A stretch of 64,000 nucleotides of DNA, from assembly GCF_006345805.1 (NCBI RefSeq), contig NC_043010.1, forward strand, positions 13,082,001 through 13,146,000, given 5' to 3'. This document shows positions 24,905-38,950 of the stretch, piece by piece. A program made the position numbers and the translations under genes. The stretch's first letter is position 1; each line of letters starts with the position of its first letter. Origin of the DNA: Octopus sinensis. Its lineage: Eukaryota. Below the pieces are notes generated by a model. It was given only the letters and a program-made list of their open reading frames with translations, did not search any database and was not told where the DNA came from.

Positions 24905-25360
24905 ATAATGGTTGGCAGTGTTCTTGGATGTTTTTGTTTAAAAATCGGTCACGAAGAGAGACACCAAGAATCTGACATGGACACCACATTTGGAATACCT
25001 CAAACTTGTTCATGACCCATTTGAGGATGATCCAGGACTCATCCCTGTAGAGGAAGACCATTGAAGACCAAGTCTGGTGGTGCAGGCTACAGTGGTTTTG
25101 CAACATCTGCAGGATGAGCACCCAAAGGACTACCATACCAAATTTTGTGGTGGCAGCAACCTATGTACTGGAGAATCCAGTATAGCACACCAGAGAAGAC
25201 ATGGGCAAAACAAACTGAGGAAGATCTGAAGTTGTAATGCCTCAACCTTAAGTATTCTAAGGCCAGCACCATGGATCAGAATGCAAAGAATAATATCATC
25301 ACCAAAGTCCATCACCCAGTGGTACCCACAGCATCATATCGGTTGAGTGGACAGCTTCCC
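24905..25360 (-). mobile_element. Degenerate RTE-like LINE RT C-terminal fragment
   Basis: VFLYRDESW..FEVFQMWC..ILGVSLRDR resembles LLYGCESW..LEVFQMRCLRRILGVS. Confidence 0.6.
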
Positions 25361-26828
25361 CATCTGATCACCAGCTAGGGATTCCACTTAATTACTTACT
25401 TACCTACTTACTTACTTAATGGTGGTGGTGTTGGTGGTGGTGGTGTTTAGCTCCAAGACACTCCTAATCACCAAAGGTATTCCAACAGTAACCATTCTTC
25501 TTTTCTCTTTTGTTAGCCCTAATTTTATTGTTCATTATGTTTCTCTTTTTTATAAGATGGTCATATGGAATTCAAAAGGAAACTTAGTATTTTTAGCAAG
25601 TCAAGTGACCATGTAGAGGCTCCCTTGTTGAGTTCAGAGCTTCTTCTATCCTCAAAGAAACAACTTTCAAGTTATAGAACATCAATCCTTTGTAAATATT
25701 ATCATCAATTTAATGTCCATTTTTCTATGCTTGCATGGGTCGAGTGGAACTTATTGAGATAAAAGTTCTATGGTAGGGTGTGTTTCTTGTCACCAACCCT
25801 CACCTGTTTCCAAGCAAGGTAACATTTCACCATAGCCAGACTTTTTTTCACAAATGATAGAAACAGAAGGACACTGCTTGTATGAGAGCAACACTCATTT
25901 TCCAACCAGCATAGGAGATAAATAACAAAGAGATATCAACCCCTCACCACCTCACACATGTATGAACACATGCCCATGCATACACACACACACACACACA
26001 CATGCACACACACACACACACATATATATATAAGTATATGTATAATGGACTTTTTCTGTCAACCAAATATTTTTACAAAGCTTTGGTTGCCCCAAAGGTA
26101 TAGCAAAAGACACATGTCACAAGTGTCATGCAATAGGACTGAACCCAGATCCATGTGGTTAGGAAGCAAGCTTCTTAACCATACAGCCACACCTGCACCT
26201 ATAATCCTTCATATGTATTTATATGATAATATGGTAATAACTCAAAGTTATAGACCTACTTGAGCTGAGGAATTACAGTCCCTTCACTTCAGCAAGCAAC
26301 TGTGTTTGACCCCCAAGTAAAAGTAAAGTAAAAGTAAAGTTTTCCTTCTCAAGTCCACGAGGTTCCAGCAGGGGGTGGTGGTGAACCCTGCTGTACTCTT
26401 TCACCACAACTTTCTCTCACTTTTTCTTCCTGTTACTGTTGTACTTGTATTTCAAAGGGGCCAGCCTTGTCACACTCTGTGTCACGCTGAATCTCCCCGA
26501 GAACTATGTTAAGGGTACACGTGTCTGTGGAGTGCTCAGCCACTTGCAGGTTAATTTCACGAGCAGGCTGTTCTCCTGGTTTCCATGGTGTATATGTTAC
26601 CAACCTATACAGGTTGCTGGCCTGTTGCAGAATGACTCATTTTTGTCAGCTGAGTTGATTGAAACAACATGAAATGAAGGGTTTTGCTCAAGAGCACAAT
26701 ATGTCACCCAGTTCAAGAATTAAAACCACAATTTTACAATCATGAGTCAAACACCCTAACCAACTAAGCCATGCACCTCCACTTTGACCCCCTCCACTTC
26801 CAGTAATAACTTGTAAATGAATTGTAAT

Positions 26829-27061
26829 CTATTTCTTTACTACCCACAAGGGACTAAACATAGAGAGGACAAACAAGAACAGACAAACGGATTAAGTCGA
26901 TTATATCGACCCCAGTGGGAACTGGTACTTAATTCATCAACCCTGAAAGGATGAAAGGCAAAGTCGACCTGGGCGGAATTTGAACTCAGAACGTAACAGC
27001 AGCCAAAATACTGCTAAGTATTCCGGTTGGCATGCTAACGTTTCTGCCACCTCGCCGCCTT
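26829..27061 (-). mobile_element. SINE family B with 13-bp TSD
   Basis: aatgaattgtaat at 26816-26828 and 27062-27074. Confidence 0.9.
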
Positions 27062-27556
27062 AATGAATTGTAATACTCTTTTACTCTTTTACTTGTTTCA
27101 GTCATTTGACTGTGGCCACGCTGGAGCACCGCCTTTAATCGAGCAACTTTACCCCGGGACTTATTCTTTTTGTAAGCCCAGTACTTATTCTATCGGTCTC
27201 TTTTTGCTGAACCCCTAAGTAACAGGGACATAAATAGACCAGCAATGCTAGGGGGACAAACACAGACACACAACCACACACAGACATTTTTACGTCATTC
27301 GGTTGATAAAAATGCATTCTTCAGGACAATTTCCTCATGATCCAGGTGTTGTTGAGTCAGACTCATCACTAAGCTTTGGTGCCTGAGGATGCTTCAGAAT
27401 ATTCTGGGTGGGCACTGATTTGTAATAATGCTAAAGTGGAGTTTCAAAATAAGTGTATTACTGTAAATCTGAGGATGAACCATTGAATGGAGAGAAGTCA
27501 GGGTCATTGAGTGAAACCTCTGAACAATGGGCATGTGTAGGGTATTACTCTTCTGT

Positions 27557-27786
27557 TTAACCCTTTAGCATTTAAACCGGCCATATCCAGCCAAAAATAT
27601 TCTCCCTTGTTTTATGTTCAAAATGGCCATATCTGGTCTCTCACACCAACCCTACAATATCGTTTTAAAAATTAACAGCTACCTCATCAAAATTTCAAAG
27701 CTACAAGATAATGCCTGATTAGTTCAAGGCAATGTGGATGAAAAAGCATTAATTTTGGTAGAATAATGCGAACACTAAAGGGTTAA
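27557..27786. mobile_element. piggyBac-like MITE (second family)
   Basis: TTAA-CCCTTTAG ... CTAAAGGG-TTAA; homologue at 46143-46372. Confidence 0.85.
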
Positions 27787-28024
27787 TTGTCAATGGTGTT
27801 TGCTTTCTCTTCACTGACATAGCAATGGCTACAAACTCAAATTACTTGTAATGGATGCATGCTCAGAAGAGTTAAAGTGTGACAAGGACTTCCCTGATTT
27901 TACCATGCTTTTAAATTTTTCAAACAAACCATCAGTTTTACAAGTTAAAATTATTCTAACACTATTTAAAATGACTGACCAGGTGGTAAGCTTGTAGAAC
28001 CATTGTAAGATCGGTCAAATGTGC

Positions 28025-28440
28025 TTACTCTCTTTTTTACTCTTTTACTTGTTTCAGTCATTTGACTGCGGCCATGCTGGAGCACCGCCTTTTAGTCGAG
28101 CAAATCGACCCTGGGACTTATTTTTTGTAAGCCCAGTACTTATTCTATCAGTCTCTTTTGCCGAACCGCCAAGTGACGGGGACGTAAACACACCAGCATC
28201 GGTTGTCAAGCAATGCTAGGGGGACAAACACAGACACACAAACACACACACACACATATACATATATATATATACATATATACGACAGGCTTCTTTCAGT
28301 TTCCATCTACCAAATCCACTCACATGGCATTGGTCGGCCCGGGGCTATAGCAGAAGACACTTGCCCAAGATGCCACGCAGTGGGACTGAACCCGGAACCA
28401 TGTGGTTGGTTAGCAAGCTACTTACCACACAGCCACTCCT
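28025..28440 (-). mobile_element. SINE family A
   Basis: Full length. Confidence 0.9.
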
Positions 28441-28745
28441 AGTGGCATTTTTTTTTTTTTTTTTTGGCTCTCTACATTCTCAGTTCAAATCCCACTGAGG
28501 TAAACTTTGCTTTTCATCCCTTCAGGGTTGATGAAATAAGGTATCAGGTGTCCAATGTAATCGACTTGTCCCCTCCATTCACAATTACTGGCCAATGTAC
28601 CCTACAATGGACCAGTGTCCTGTTCAGGAAAATGTGATCTCGGTCACTTATACCCCATGGAAATTGGACAAGCCATATGAGTCTTGTGGCTCAAGAAAAA
28701 TGTTTTTAAAAAAAATGACCGACTAAAATTAAGCTAACAGCCCAA

Positions 28746-28857
28746 CTAAGATATGGTACTGTTGATAACTGTAGAAAAAGATGTGAGTGACCCAGCAGTG
28801 TCAGTAACATCTCTCTGATGTAACACTTTTGCACGTTCATTATTGACTTGATTTTCA
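28746..28857 (-). CDS. Candidate terminal coding exon (ENQVNNERAKVLHQRDVTDTAGSLTSFSTVINSTIS*)
   Basis: First AG after a pyrimidine tract; phase 2 compatible with 29655-29804; no homology recognised. Confidence 0.25.
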
Positions 28858-29654
28858 CTTTTAATCATTGTAAATAAGAAACAAAACGGTAGCACCAGTA
28901 TTATTCTCAAGTTTGGGTTACACATAGCAACAACCAAATAAATATTCATGAAGTTTTGAGATCTTGTTTGGATAAACCAAAATTTCAGGTAAACTGACTT
29001 TACACAAAGACAACCTTCACTTGAGTAAACACTCATACTCAATCATGACGGAAGAATATTAGGTGTTTCTCGCATGATGCAATATAATGTTTTCCCAGTG
29101 TGATTATAAAAAAAAAAAAAACATGGTATGATATAAATGTTATACAGCGACATATGCTACAATATCAAATGTGAGATATTTTTTAATACAATGTTGGATG
29201 TGATGAAATGTAATTTTTTTAGACAGTGTGATAAAATGCAATATAATTTCAATGTTAGTATATTTAATTTATGTTATATATTGATATGTGGTATAACATA
29301 TAACAGCAGGCAGTGAGATATATAACAGCAGGCAGTTAGATATAACACAAGGCTATATACAATATGGCTAACTAGCTCATCTAACAGAACCAGTTTACAG
29401 TGAAAATATTCACATAAAATAATTTGATCGCAAATTTATTGTTTTTATGTTTATTTTATTTTAGCTTATTATATTTTATACATTTAGTTTTTGTCTGTTG
29501 TGGGAGTTGTGGCATAATGGTTGGCAGACTCATCGCTTTACTCTGAAGGATGAGAGTTCAAGTCCAGCCAATACATTCTTTGCATTGGCAAACTTGGAAA
29601 GGTTCAATACAGCATAATAAACCTTACCAATTCGCATTTTCCTCACACACATAC

Positions 29655-29804
29655 CTAAATTGGTCATTCCTGCACCCTGTGAAGAGCTTCTTGGTAGTAG
29701 GTTTTTGTCCTTTTTCTTGCATAAAGGTATCACAATGGGAATAATTTTTGTCCGAATGCTGCAATTTTGTGAAAACAGCCTCCCAACTGCTATGCTTCAA
29801 CTCT
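29655..29804 (-). CDS. Candidate 150-nt coding exon (ELKHSSWEAVFTKLQHSDKNYSHCDTFMQEKGQKPTTKKLFTGCRNDQF)
   Basis: Poly-T tract then AG; tag|gtatgt donor; open in phase 2-2. Confidence 0.3.
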
Positions 29805-30659
29805 CTTTAGATTTGCAGAAAAAAAAAAAAATCCAGTTTTTTTGTTGTTGCTTTTTTTGTTTTTTTCAAATTATCTGCCTTCACCTGACCCCAGCAAATT
29901 TTGACCAAGTTGCTATGGAATGGCCTTTGAAAATATTTAATCCATAACAGAAACAAAATTTGAATGAAATTTTAAAAAAAATAGTTGAACCAACTGTGAG
30001 GTCAAAGAAAGAAAACAGATGCATGGTTATTATTATTGGTTCTCCAAATGTACATTTGGAATGGACCAATAAGTTCTAGCATGCATTCACCATCTTTCAT
30101 ATAAGATGCCTTTTAAAATATATCATTGAGAACATGTCACAACTCTTTGAGTTTTCTCCTCCATTGTTTTTTTTCTTTTTTTTTACGGTTATATTTCCAA
30201 GAATTTTTTGTTTTTGTTTTTGTTTTTTTTTACTTTTCTGTAAAGTATTTGAGTGAATGTGAAAACAATTACTGCCCAGTACATATAAACATCCTTTTCG
30301 TAATTAGTAAGAATTGGATTTAGAATAATTGAGGGAAAGAAAAATTGGTTCTAAAACTAAAAAAATGTACAAAAAAAAATTAAGTTTTTTTTTTTTTTGA
30401 AAAATGTACAAGCTTATCAAAATTAAAATAATAAAATAATTAATAAGATAAATAGTTAAAGAACTAATAAATAAAAGAAATAAAAATTAAGACAAGCAGA
30501 CATAAAATAACCAAAACAAAAGATACATACACACACACACACATAAATACACACATGCTCACACACTCACACACATGCATACATACATACATGTGTATAC
30601 ATACATATATATACACATATACACACACACATATACATATACATATATATATGTATATG

Positions 30660-30691
<32 letters not shown>

Positions 30692-30837
30692 TATGTACAT
30701 GTATATATGTGTATATATATCTCTATCTATATATATATATGTACATATATATATGTATATGGATATGTATATATATATATATATATGTATATGTATGTAT
30801 GTATGTGTATATTTATATATATATATATGTGTACATT

Positions 30838-30895
<58 letters not shown>

Positions 30896-31689
30896 TGTAT
30901 GTATATATAAAACAGTCTAAAAGAAAATCTACTAAACAAAATAAAAAATTTCTAGAAAACTAAAATTTAAAAAAAATCTACCAAACAAAAAAAAAGACCT
31001 GTTGTTTTTTGTGTTTTTTTTTCCACCATGTAAACAGTTGATTTATTTACAATGACTTCTTTACATTGAAATACAACAACCTGAATGAGTGTTCTGGGGG
31101 AGGGGGGGTCTCTTCCTATGTGACACACACACAAGCAACCGACACGCTGCTCAAATTGCCTTTTTTTTTTTCTTTTTGTAACCCTGAGGTAGGATTAAAT
31201 GAAGTATTTAGATACTAGATACTTCTCTCAACCGAGCTGTCTTTCTGGTTATCAAATCCAAAAGTTCCATAGTTGCTCTGCAAAAATATATTTAATCGTA
31301 ACTGTTCACCATTCAGAGACATGAGAGCATTGCAACGTCTGTCAAAGGTAAACCAATTGTGCATTTGATTGTCTGTTATTTTTTTTTCAATTTTTTTTTT
31401 CAATTATTATTATTATCTTTTTTTTTCTGTTTTCTATCATTTTATCTTTTTTTGATTCTTTGAATTGGTTTCTTTGAATGAAATCCTTATATTTTGCTGT
31501 TTAAGGTTTGTCTTGTTCTTCTGAGAATAGAGAAAATCCTAGTTTACGCTCACATGTTGCTGTGTGAATATTATCCAGAATAACCACTGTCCCCTTATGG
31601 AAGAATTGAAGTCCAATCAGATTTCTCCTCAGAGCCAGTTTTTGCCTGACATTCACTGTGTTCTAACATCAAACATCAGACAACTTTCA

Positions 31690-31828
31690 ACTCTTGAATT
31701 GACTGGATCGCTGGCTGGTTGGCAGGCTGGCTGGTAGGTTGGCTATAGTAGTGGCTTCAATGTTTGTTGGTAAGTTGGTTCCTTCCCAAAAGAAGAGGAT
31801 AATGAATGCAGTGATGGGAATTGTGGGT
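31690..31828 (-). other. Candidate terminal exon followed by UTR-like unique sequence
   Basis: ttcattttgtttcag acceptor; all three frames stop within 140 nt; no donor seen. Confidence 0.3.
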
Positions 31829-32346
31829 CTGAAACAAAATGAAGTAAATCTATATTAACTGTTGAGGATAGCAAGACAAATTTGGCAAACACAAAAATAA
31901 AGGCTTTTTTGGGGGGTTTTCATTATTTTAGAGAGCAATATATAAAAAAATATAACAGAAATACATATTTTGATACATTTTATTTATTGACCCCGAAAGG
32001 ATGAAAGTCATCTTTATGGAATTTGAACTCATAATATAAAGCTGGACAAAATACTCTCCAGCCTTCTCTCCAGTATGTTAAATGCATGACTGTGAAGTAA
32101 AGAAGTATACTTCACAACAATATATATTTTTTTTTTTTTTTTCTTTTAATTCATTAATTTGTTTCAATCATTTGACTGTGGCCATGCTGGGGTGCCGCCT
32201 TTAGTTGAACAAATCACCCAAGGACTTATTCTTTGTAAGCCTTGTACTTATTCTATCAGTCTCTTTTGGGGACGTAAACACACCATTAGTTGTCAAGCAA
32301 TGGTGGAGGGACAAACACACACACACAAACATATATATATATATCT

Positions 32347-32776
32347 AATATAGGATAAAATTTTTCGAAATAAATTTTATCAATGGCCAGCATATTAAAA
32401 AATACCTTTAAAGGTTAAATTTATAAACAACTTATAAACAAGGGCAAAAGAAAAATATTCTAATGCCAAATATGCCGATAATAAACAAAATGTCAATAAC
32501 CATATCATTTATCACTATTAATATGTGTCTCGAAGTAAGCCGAGACAAATTTCTAAAAATTTCTAAAAAATTCCGTTATTACCGTAAGGAGAAAATTCTT
32601 ATGAATTAACTCTGAAATTGGGACCAGTACGGTAATAACAGAAATTTTTAGAAATTTCTCTTGGCTTACTTCAAGACACATGTTAATAGTGATAAATTAT
32701 ATGGTTATTGACATTTTGTCTATTTTCGGCATATTTGGCGTTAGAATTTTTTTCTTTTGCCCTTGTTTATAAGTTG
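32347..32776. mobile_element. Fold-back element, family H3, nested in the microsatellite of a SINE A (32157-32962)
   Basis: Arms 32428-32586/32628-32776 plus one-sided tail. Confidence 0.75.
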
Positions 32777-32777
32777 C

Positions 32778-32808
<31 letters not shown>

Positions 32809-32974
32809 TACAACAGGCTTCTTTCAGTTTCTGTCTACCAAATCCACTCACAAAACTTTGGTTAGCCTGAGGCTATAGTAGAAGACACTTGATACACAGT
32901 AGGATTGAACCCAGAAGCATGTGGTTGGTAAGCAAGCTACTTACCACACAGCCACTCCTGCACTTATACATATA

Positions 32975-33077
<103 letters not shown>

Positions 33078-33126
33078 GTATGTATATATATATATTATAT
33101 ATATGTATGTATGTATATATATATAT

Positions 33127-33190
<64 letters not shown>

Positions 33191-33196
33191 TATATA

Positions 33197-33235
<39 letters not shown>

Positions 33236-33879
33236 CTCAACATGAACCATCTTTTTTGAATTACTCAAATGCAGCATTCCTGAGTAAACCAACATTCCTG
33301 GACAAACTAAAAATTGTTCCCATATTTTTAAAGGCAATTTATCCAAAACATAATGAAATCACATTATTTATTTATTTATTATATATACTTTTAAATATGT
33401 AGGTGCACATATGGCTGTGTGCTAAAAGGTTTACTTCCCAACCACATGGTTCCAGGTTCAGTCCAACTGTATGGCACCTTGGGCCTTCTTCTAAAGCCTA
33501 GGGCCAACAAAACCTTGTGAGTGGATTTGGTTGATGGAAACTGAAAGAAGCCCGTATGTGTGTGTTTGTGTGTGTGTATACACACATACATATATATGTA
33601 TGTGTATACACACATACATATATCTATGTGTATGTATATTTGTGAATGTGTTTGTTCTCCACCACTGCTTGACAACTAGTGCTGGTGTGTGATAAAATAA
33701 GTGCCAGGTTCTGCCAAACAAATTATCATTATGGAATCAATTTGTTCAACTAAAATTCTTCAAAGTGGTGCACAGCATTGCTGCAGTCTAAGTAAAACAA
33801 GTAAAAGACAGGAGATAATAAAAAAAATAAACATATATGGAATTGTTCTCATTTCATAAACAGAAATACATTTGAACAG

Positions 33880-34135
33880 AAATACTGAATTATCTCCCTG
33901 TCATAAATGTTAATGCGAACACTAAGTCCCATAGCAGAAACTACTAAGACAATAATAGAATAAGAGAATGACCTCCATCAGGCATTTGCCATATTCTGAA
34001 CGCCTTACTTCCCTGGGCATGGACACATTGAAACTCCGACGTCTGGCAGCTGACTTGTCAGACAACAATAAAATTATTAACAATAACTCTGAGCACCTTA
34101 ACTGATTTGGACATGAAATAGGTAGAATATTCAGG
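33880..34135 (-). mobile_element. CR1-type LINE fragment
   Basis: Homologous to 37270-37420. Confidence 0.65.
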
Positions 34136-34207
34136 CTAGATATGGATGATTGAAATGCTAAAGGGTTGAATGCAGTGCCCCAGAATGGCTGCACCTAATG
34201 AATGAAA

Positions 34208-34395
34208 CCAAGGTTGCAAGATGCAACGAAAATTTTAGGAAAATAAAAATAAGAAAAAAGGGGAAATTTTACCAGTGAGTGTGTTATATTATAAGGCACA
34301 AAAAGAAAATGACTCTCCCCAGACACAACAGAATATGCTTCAACACACGAACTCACATAAAGAATCTTGCAAACCAAATCCAAAAACGAAATACA
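34208..34395 (+). mobile_element. Single-arm copy of family H2
   Basis: Matches 8624-8850 in reverse; retains gttgc/gcaac stem and GAA. Confidence 0.75.
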
Positions 34396-34592
34396 AAAGC
34401 TTGTATGAAAATCTGTCTCTTGGAGCCTGACTATGATTTACCTTTCTTAGATTCTATGATCATGACCAGCAGAAACTTAAAATAAGCTTGAAATAAAACT
34501 CAAAATTCTAATGGAATATTCCACTTTCTCTTTTACAAATGAAATAATAAGGAAATAGACAAATAATGTTAGCTAATAGTTTTCAATGATGT

Positions 34593-35048
34593 CATCATCA
34601 TTATCATCATCGTTTAACGTCCACTTCCATGTGAGCATGGGTTGGACGATTTTGACTGAGGGCTGGTGAACCAGATGGCTGCACCAGGCTCCAATCTTGA
34701 TTTGGCAGAGTTTCTACAGCTGGATGCCCTTCCTAACGCCAACCACTTCGAGAGTGTAGTGGGTGCTTTTTACGTGCCACCGGCATGGGAGCCAGTCAGG
34801 CGGTACTGGCAACGACCTCGCTCAAATCCTTTTACACATGCCACCAGCACAGGTGCCAGTAAGGCGACTTTGGTAACGATCACGCTCAAATGGTGCCCTT
34901 GTACGTGCCACCAGCATGGAAGCCAGTTGGCTGCTCTGGCAATGATCATGCTCGGATGGTGCTCTTGGCACCCTACTAGCACAGGCACAAGTGCCAGTAA
35001 GGCGACGCTGGTAACGATCACGCTCGAATGGTGCCCTTTAAGTGCCAC
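34593..35048 (-). mobile_element. RTE 3' tail flanked by 81-bp direct duplication
   Basis: 34512-34592 versus 35049-35129, 3 mismatches. Confidence 0.88.
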
Positions 35049-35904
35049 TGGAATATTCCACTTTCTCTTTTACAAATGAAATAATAATAAAATAGACAAA
35101 TAATGTTAGCTGATAGTTTTCAATGATGTGATTGTTTATTTTTGAAATGACATAGCTGAGTTGGACATAAAATAGTTAAAATATCTGGGTTGGATAGGGC
35201 TGAATGCAGTGCTCCAGCAAGGCCACAATATAATGATTGAAATCAATAAAAGAGAAGGGGAAAATATGAAAGCCTGTATGAAAATCTATCTCTTAGAATT
35301 TGTCTGTGTTTTTCCTTACTCAGATATATTTGTTCCATGATCATGATTGAACTGCAGAAATTTATAATAAGCTTGAAATAAAACTCAAAGTTCCAATGGA
35401 ATATTCCACTTTTTGCTTTAGAAATAAAATGATAATGAAACAGACAAATCAAGTTAGCTGATAAAAAAAAAATAATAATAATAATAATTATAACAACAAA
35501 AAGCTGAAATATTTCTCACATGTCAGAATAATCCTGATGTTTCATGATTTTTCTGTTCCCATGATAGGTAGATATATTATAAAAGATGTCTGGTCTCCCT
35601 CACTCCAATTCTATCAGTTGATAAGCTGACATTATTACATCACTCTGATAGTCAGGCAACTAGAGAAAGTCTCATGACATAAGAGTTTTTCTTCCACTGC
35701 TTTGCCACCATGTGCCACTGTTGTTTGGGGAATTTATATCTGAAGAGAAAACATGAATGGAAATCAGCATAAAACCTCATGTAAGCTCTTTTCGCATAAT
35801 AAGCAGATAATTTTACTGCACAAATACACACACACACACACATATATACATACATCCATAATACATACATATATATATACATATGTACATATATATATAT
35901 ACAT

Positions 35905-35941
<37 letters not shown>

Positions 35942-35945
35942 GTAC

Positions 35946-35986
<41 letters not shown>

Positions 35987-36039
35987 TATCTATATATATA
36001 TATATACATTTATTTATATATATATACATTTATATATAC

Positions 36040-36084
<45 letters not shown>

Positions 36085-36089
<5 letters not shown>

Positions 36090-36312
36090 TAATAAATATT
36101 AGGGAATAAATCCAAATTTACAGGGAAAAATCAGATTTAGGATTGAATCCAATTTTATATTAAAATATAATATAATATTAATTAGAGACAAAACCACTAT
36201 TATGCAAATCAAACAAAGAAAGACTTAATTATATAAAATTTTTTATGTATTGGATTAAGTCTTTCTTTGTTTGATTTGCATAATAGTGGTTTTGTCTCTA
36301 ATTAATATTATA
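36085..36312. mobile_element. Fold-back element, family H4
   Basis: Arms ~36172-36229/36254-36312 plus tail; related single arms at ~11240-11400 and ~59340-59420. Confidence 0.7.
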
Positions 36313-36347
36313 TTTATACATATATATATATATACATATATATATAC

Positions 36348-36416
<69 letters not shown>

Positions 36417-36804
36417 ATATATATATGTATATATATATGTATATGTATATGTATATATATATATACACACACACACACACTTACACAAACACATATTTAT
36501 TTATGTCTATACACACACTCACATACAATCATATATACATGCATTCATTTTTAGATCGCAAACCACAAACATATTATAATAGATAGACAATCAATTCCTA
36601 TATTGGCAAGATTAGCAAAATTATTAAGCATTAAACAAAACACTTTGCAGCATCTAGATGTGTAGTCTTACATTCTGAGTTCAAATCCTACTGAAGTCAA
36701 CTCTGCCTTTATCTTTACCTTCTTTCATTCTTCCAAAATGGATAAAATAAAATAAAATACCAATCAAATCCTGTGGCTGGTTTAATACATTCCTGTAAAG
36801 CATC

Positions 36805-37033
36805 TTAACCTTTTCGTTACCAACCCGGCTGAAACCAGCTCTGGCTCTGTAGTACAAATGTCTTGTTTTCAAAAGTTCTGAATTAAAATCTTCCACCAAA
36901 CCTTTGTCACAATTTATGTTCCTAACACTTGCTGAATGATAACTAAGTTATTTTACTAAATTCTTTGTTATATTTAAAGTAATTGAAAGAAACACAGAGC
37001 ATCTCAAAATAAATACAGTAACAAAAGGGTTAA
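36805..37033. mobile_element. piggyBac-like MITE
   Basis: TTAA termini and 12-bp TIR; homologue of 719-1276. Confidence 0.88.
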
Positions 37034-37224
37034 ATGGGAATGGATTCATAACAGAGTATGAAGACCATGTCTTCCCCACCCTTCTGTGGTCAACAGATAA
37101 AATACCAGTCAAGCATTAATGTTGACACAATTAACTATACTCAACTTAAAATTTGCTATCTTGTGCCAATGTTGGAGGTAGTCAATTGAAGTAATGTGTT
37201 ACACTTATCTGAAACTTACACTCT

Positions 37225-37747
37225 TGCCCAGGATATTAATCGTCTGGAAGCTGTTCAGCGACATGCAACCAAGAGAATACCCTCCATCAGGCATTTACCG
37301 TATTCTGAACGCCTTACTTCCCTGGGCATGGATACATTGAAATTCTGACGTCTGGCAGCTGACTTGACAGGCACCCATAAAATTTATTAACCATCTTACA
37401 AACAATAACTCTGAGCACCTTTTCAAACTCCACCTGTCTAACACCCATGGACATGTTTACAAAGTCAGAAAACAGCACAGCTCCTATGACTTTCGGAAAT
37501 ATTTTTTCACACTAAGAGTTGCTGAAGCATGGAACAAACGGCTGGCATCAGTTGTTAGTTGTCAGAGCACTGCATCCTTCAAAACTTTCATGCTTCCTGA
37601 GATTCGCCAACACTACACCTGATTTTTCCCCCTCCATACACATGCAAGCATGTATCTGACCCATTGCATATACTTTATACGCACTTTTGACAAGTTGTGA
37701 TGCACCTGAGCACTGTATACAATAATTTCATTATTATTATATTATTA
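37225..37747 (+). mobile_element. CR1-type LINE 3' end
   Basis: LEAVQRHATKRIP..HLPYSERL..RVAEAWNK motifs; (ATT)n tail. Confidence 0.88.
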
Positions 37748-37971
37748 AACAAAGTGAGAAAACCTTCTGAATTATTTCATTTTTGCTATGATCTGTTTTC
37801 TGACTAGTTTTATTGCTCCTTATAAAGCACCTGAAAACTAGCTTCAGTTGTCATCCTTTTGTACCAGTCATCTGTATCATCTTCTGAACCTTGAGTACCA
37901 GTCAAGTGCAGGAGTTTATATAATATTCCTATAAAGACATCCGACTTAACTCCTCCCTAGTCAGAGTACAA

Positions 37972-38427
37972 AGGATCTTTTTGGTTTGAACGGCAGTTTT
38001 TTCTAGCAGTGTCATATGAAATTGTCACCCATAATTATGACCCTAGTATCGATCTATTGTATTTCAATCTATTTTAGGGTTAGGGTTAGGGTTAGTTAGG
38101 GTTAGTTAGGGTTAGGGTTAGGGTTACGGGTGGGGGAAGGGTAGCTTTTTTTCTTCAGAAATGTAAATAGACCTAATCTGTTTCTTAAACGAGGGACATA
38201 TTCATATGGCACAGAATGTTTTCACCTCAATAGACGTCAGTGATTGGTTGAAATTGCAGAAATCGAAGAAAAAAAACACAACAAATATCTTACAAACTAT
38301 AGAATTTTCTAAATAAAGCCAAGAGAAAAAGATGTTTTATAAACACATTCTACCAGTATACGAAGTTTAAAAGTGTTTAGTTACATAGTAATTATTTTAA
38401 AAACTGTCATTCAAACCAAAAAGATTC
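37972..38427. mobile_element. GGG-TIR MITE with internal (TTAGGG)n, 6-bp TSD gtacaa
   Basis: Diverged TIRs; homologous to 46717-47146 and 52792-53212. Confidence 0.85.
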
Positions 38428-38916
38428 GTACAAAGCCTGCATCCCTCTCCCTGTGTGGCAGAGTAGGCTCATCAAACCAGTATTCACAGCCTTTACATCA
38501 GACTGTGCTTGGTGAAGAGTCCTTCATGCTGAGTCCTTCGTCCTGCAGGGAACTGAACTAAAGCTATACAATCCAATCAATAAAGACATCCCAGATGTGA
38601 ATGGAATGTAAAGGAAAACTAAAACTAAGCTTGTCTTTCATCCTCAATAAACTAATTGTTAAGTACTGGAGTTGATTTTGTTGACTGTTCTCTTCTATCA
38701 AATAATTGTTCAATATTCCAGCAGTTTTGAAGAGAAGGGTTTTTTTATCAATGCCATTGATTTTGGTGCTTGCTCGTACTTTATTTTATTGGCTCAAAAG
38801 GATGAAAAGCAAACATCACTTCGGCAGGATTTGAACTCAGAATGTAAAGAGCTAAGAAATATCATTAGGTCTTTTTGTTATCTGACACTAACAATTCTGC
38901 CTTTCATTATCCTCTA

Positions 38917-38924
<8 letters not shown>

Positions 38925-38950
<26 letters not shown>

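Noticed and set aside
30464-30963. IYIY/HTHT-rich ORFs (also 3744-4022, 16207-16546, 32921-33402, 35753-36494, 50799-51846)
   Set aside because: These are translations of (AT)n/(AC)n microsatellites.
38075-38130. Telomere or chromosome-fusion site
   Set aside because: The short TTAGGG tract lies inside a TIR-bounded MITE present several times in the window.
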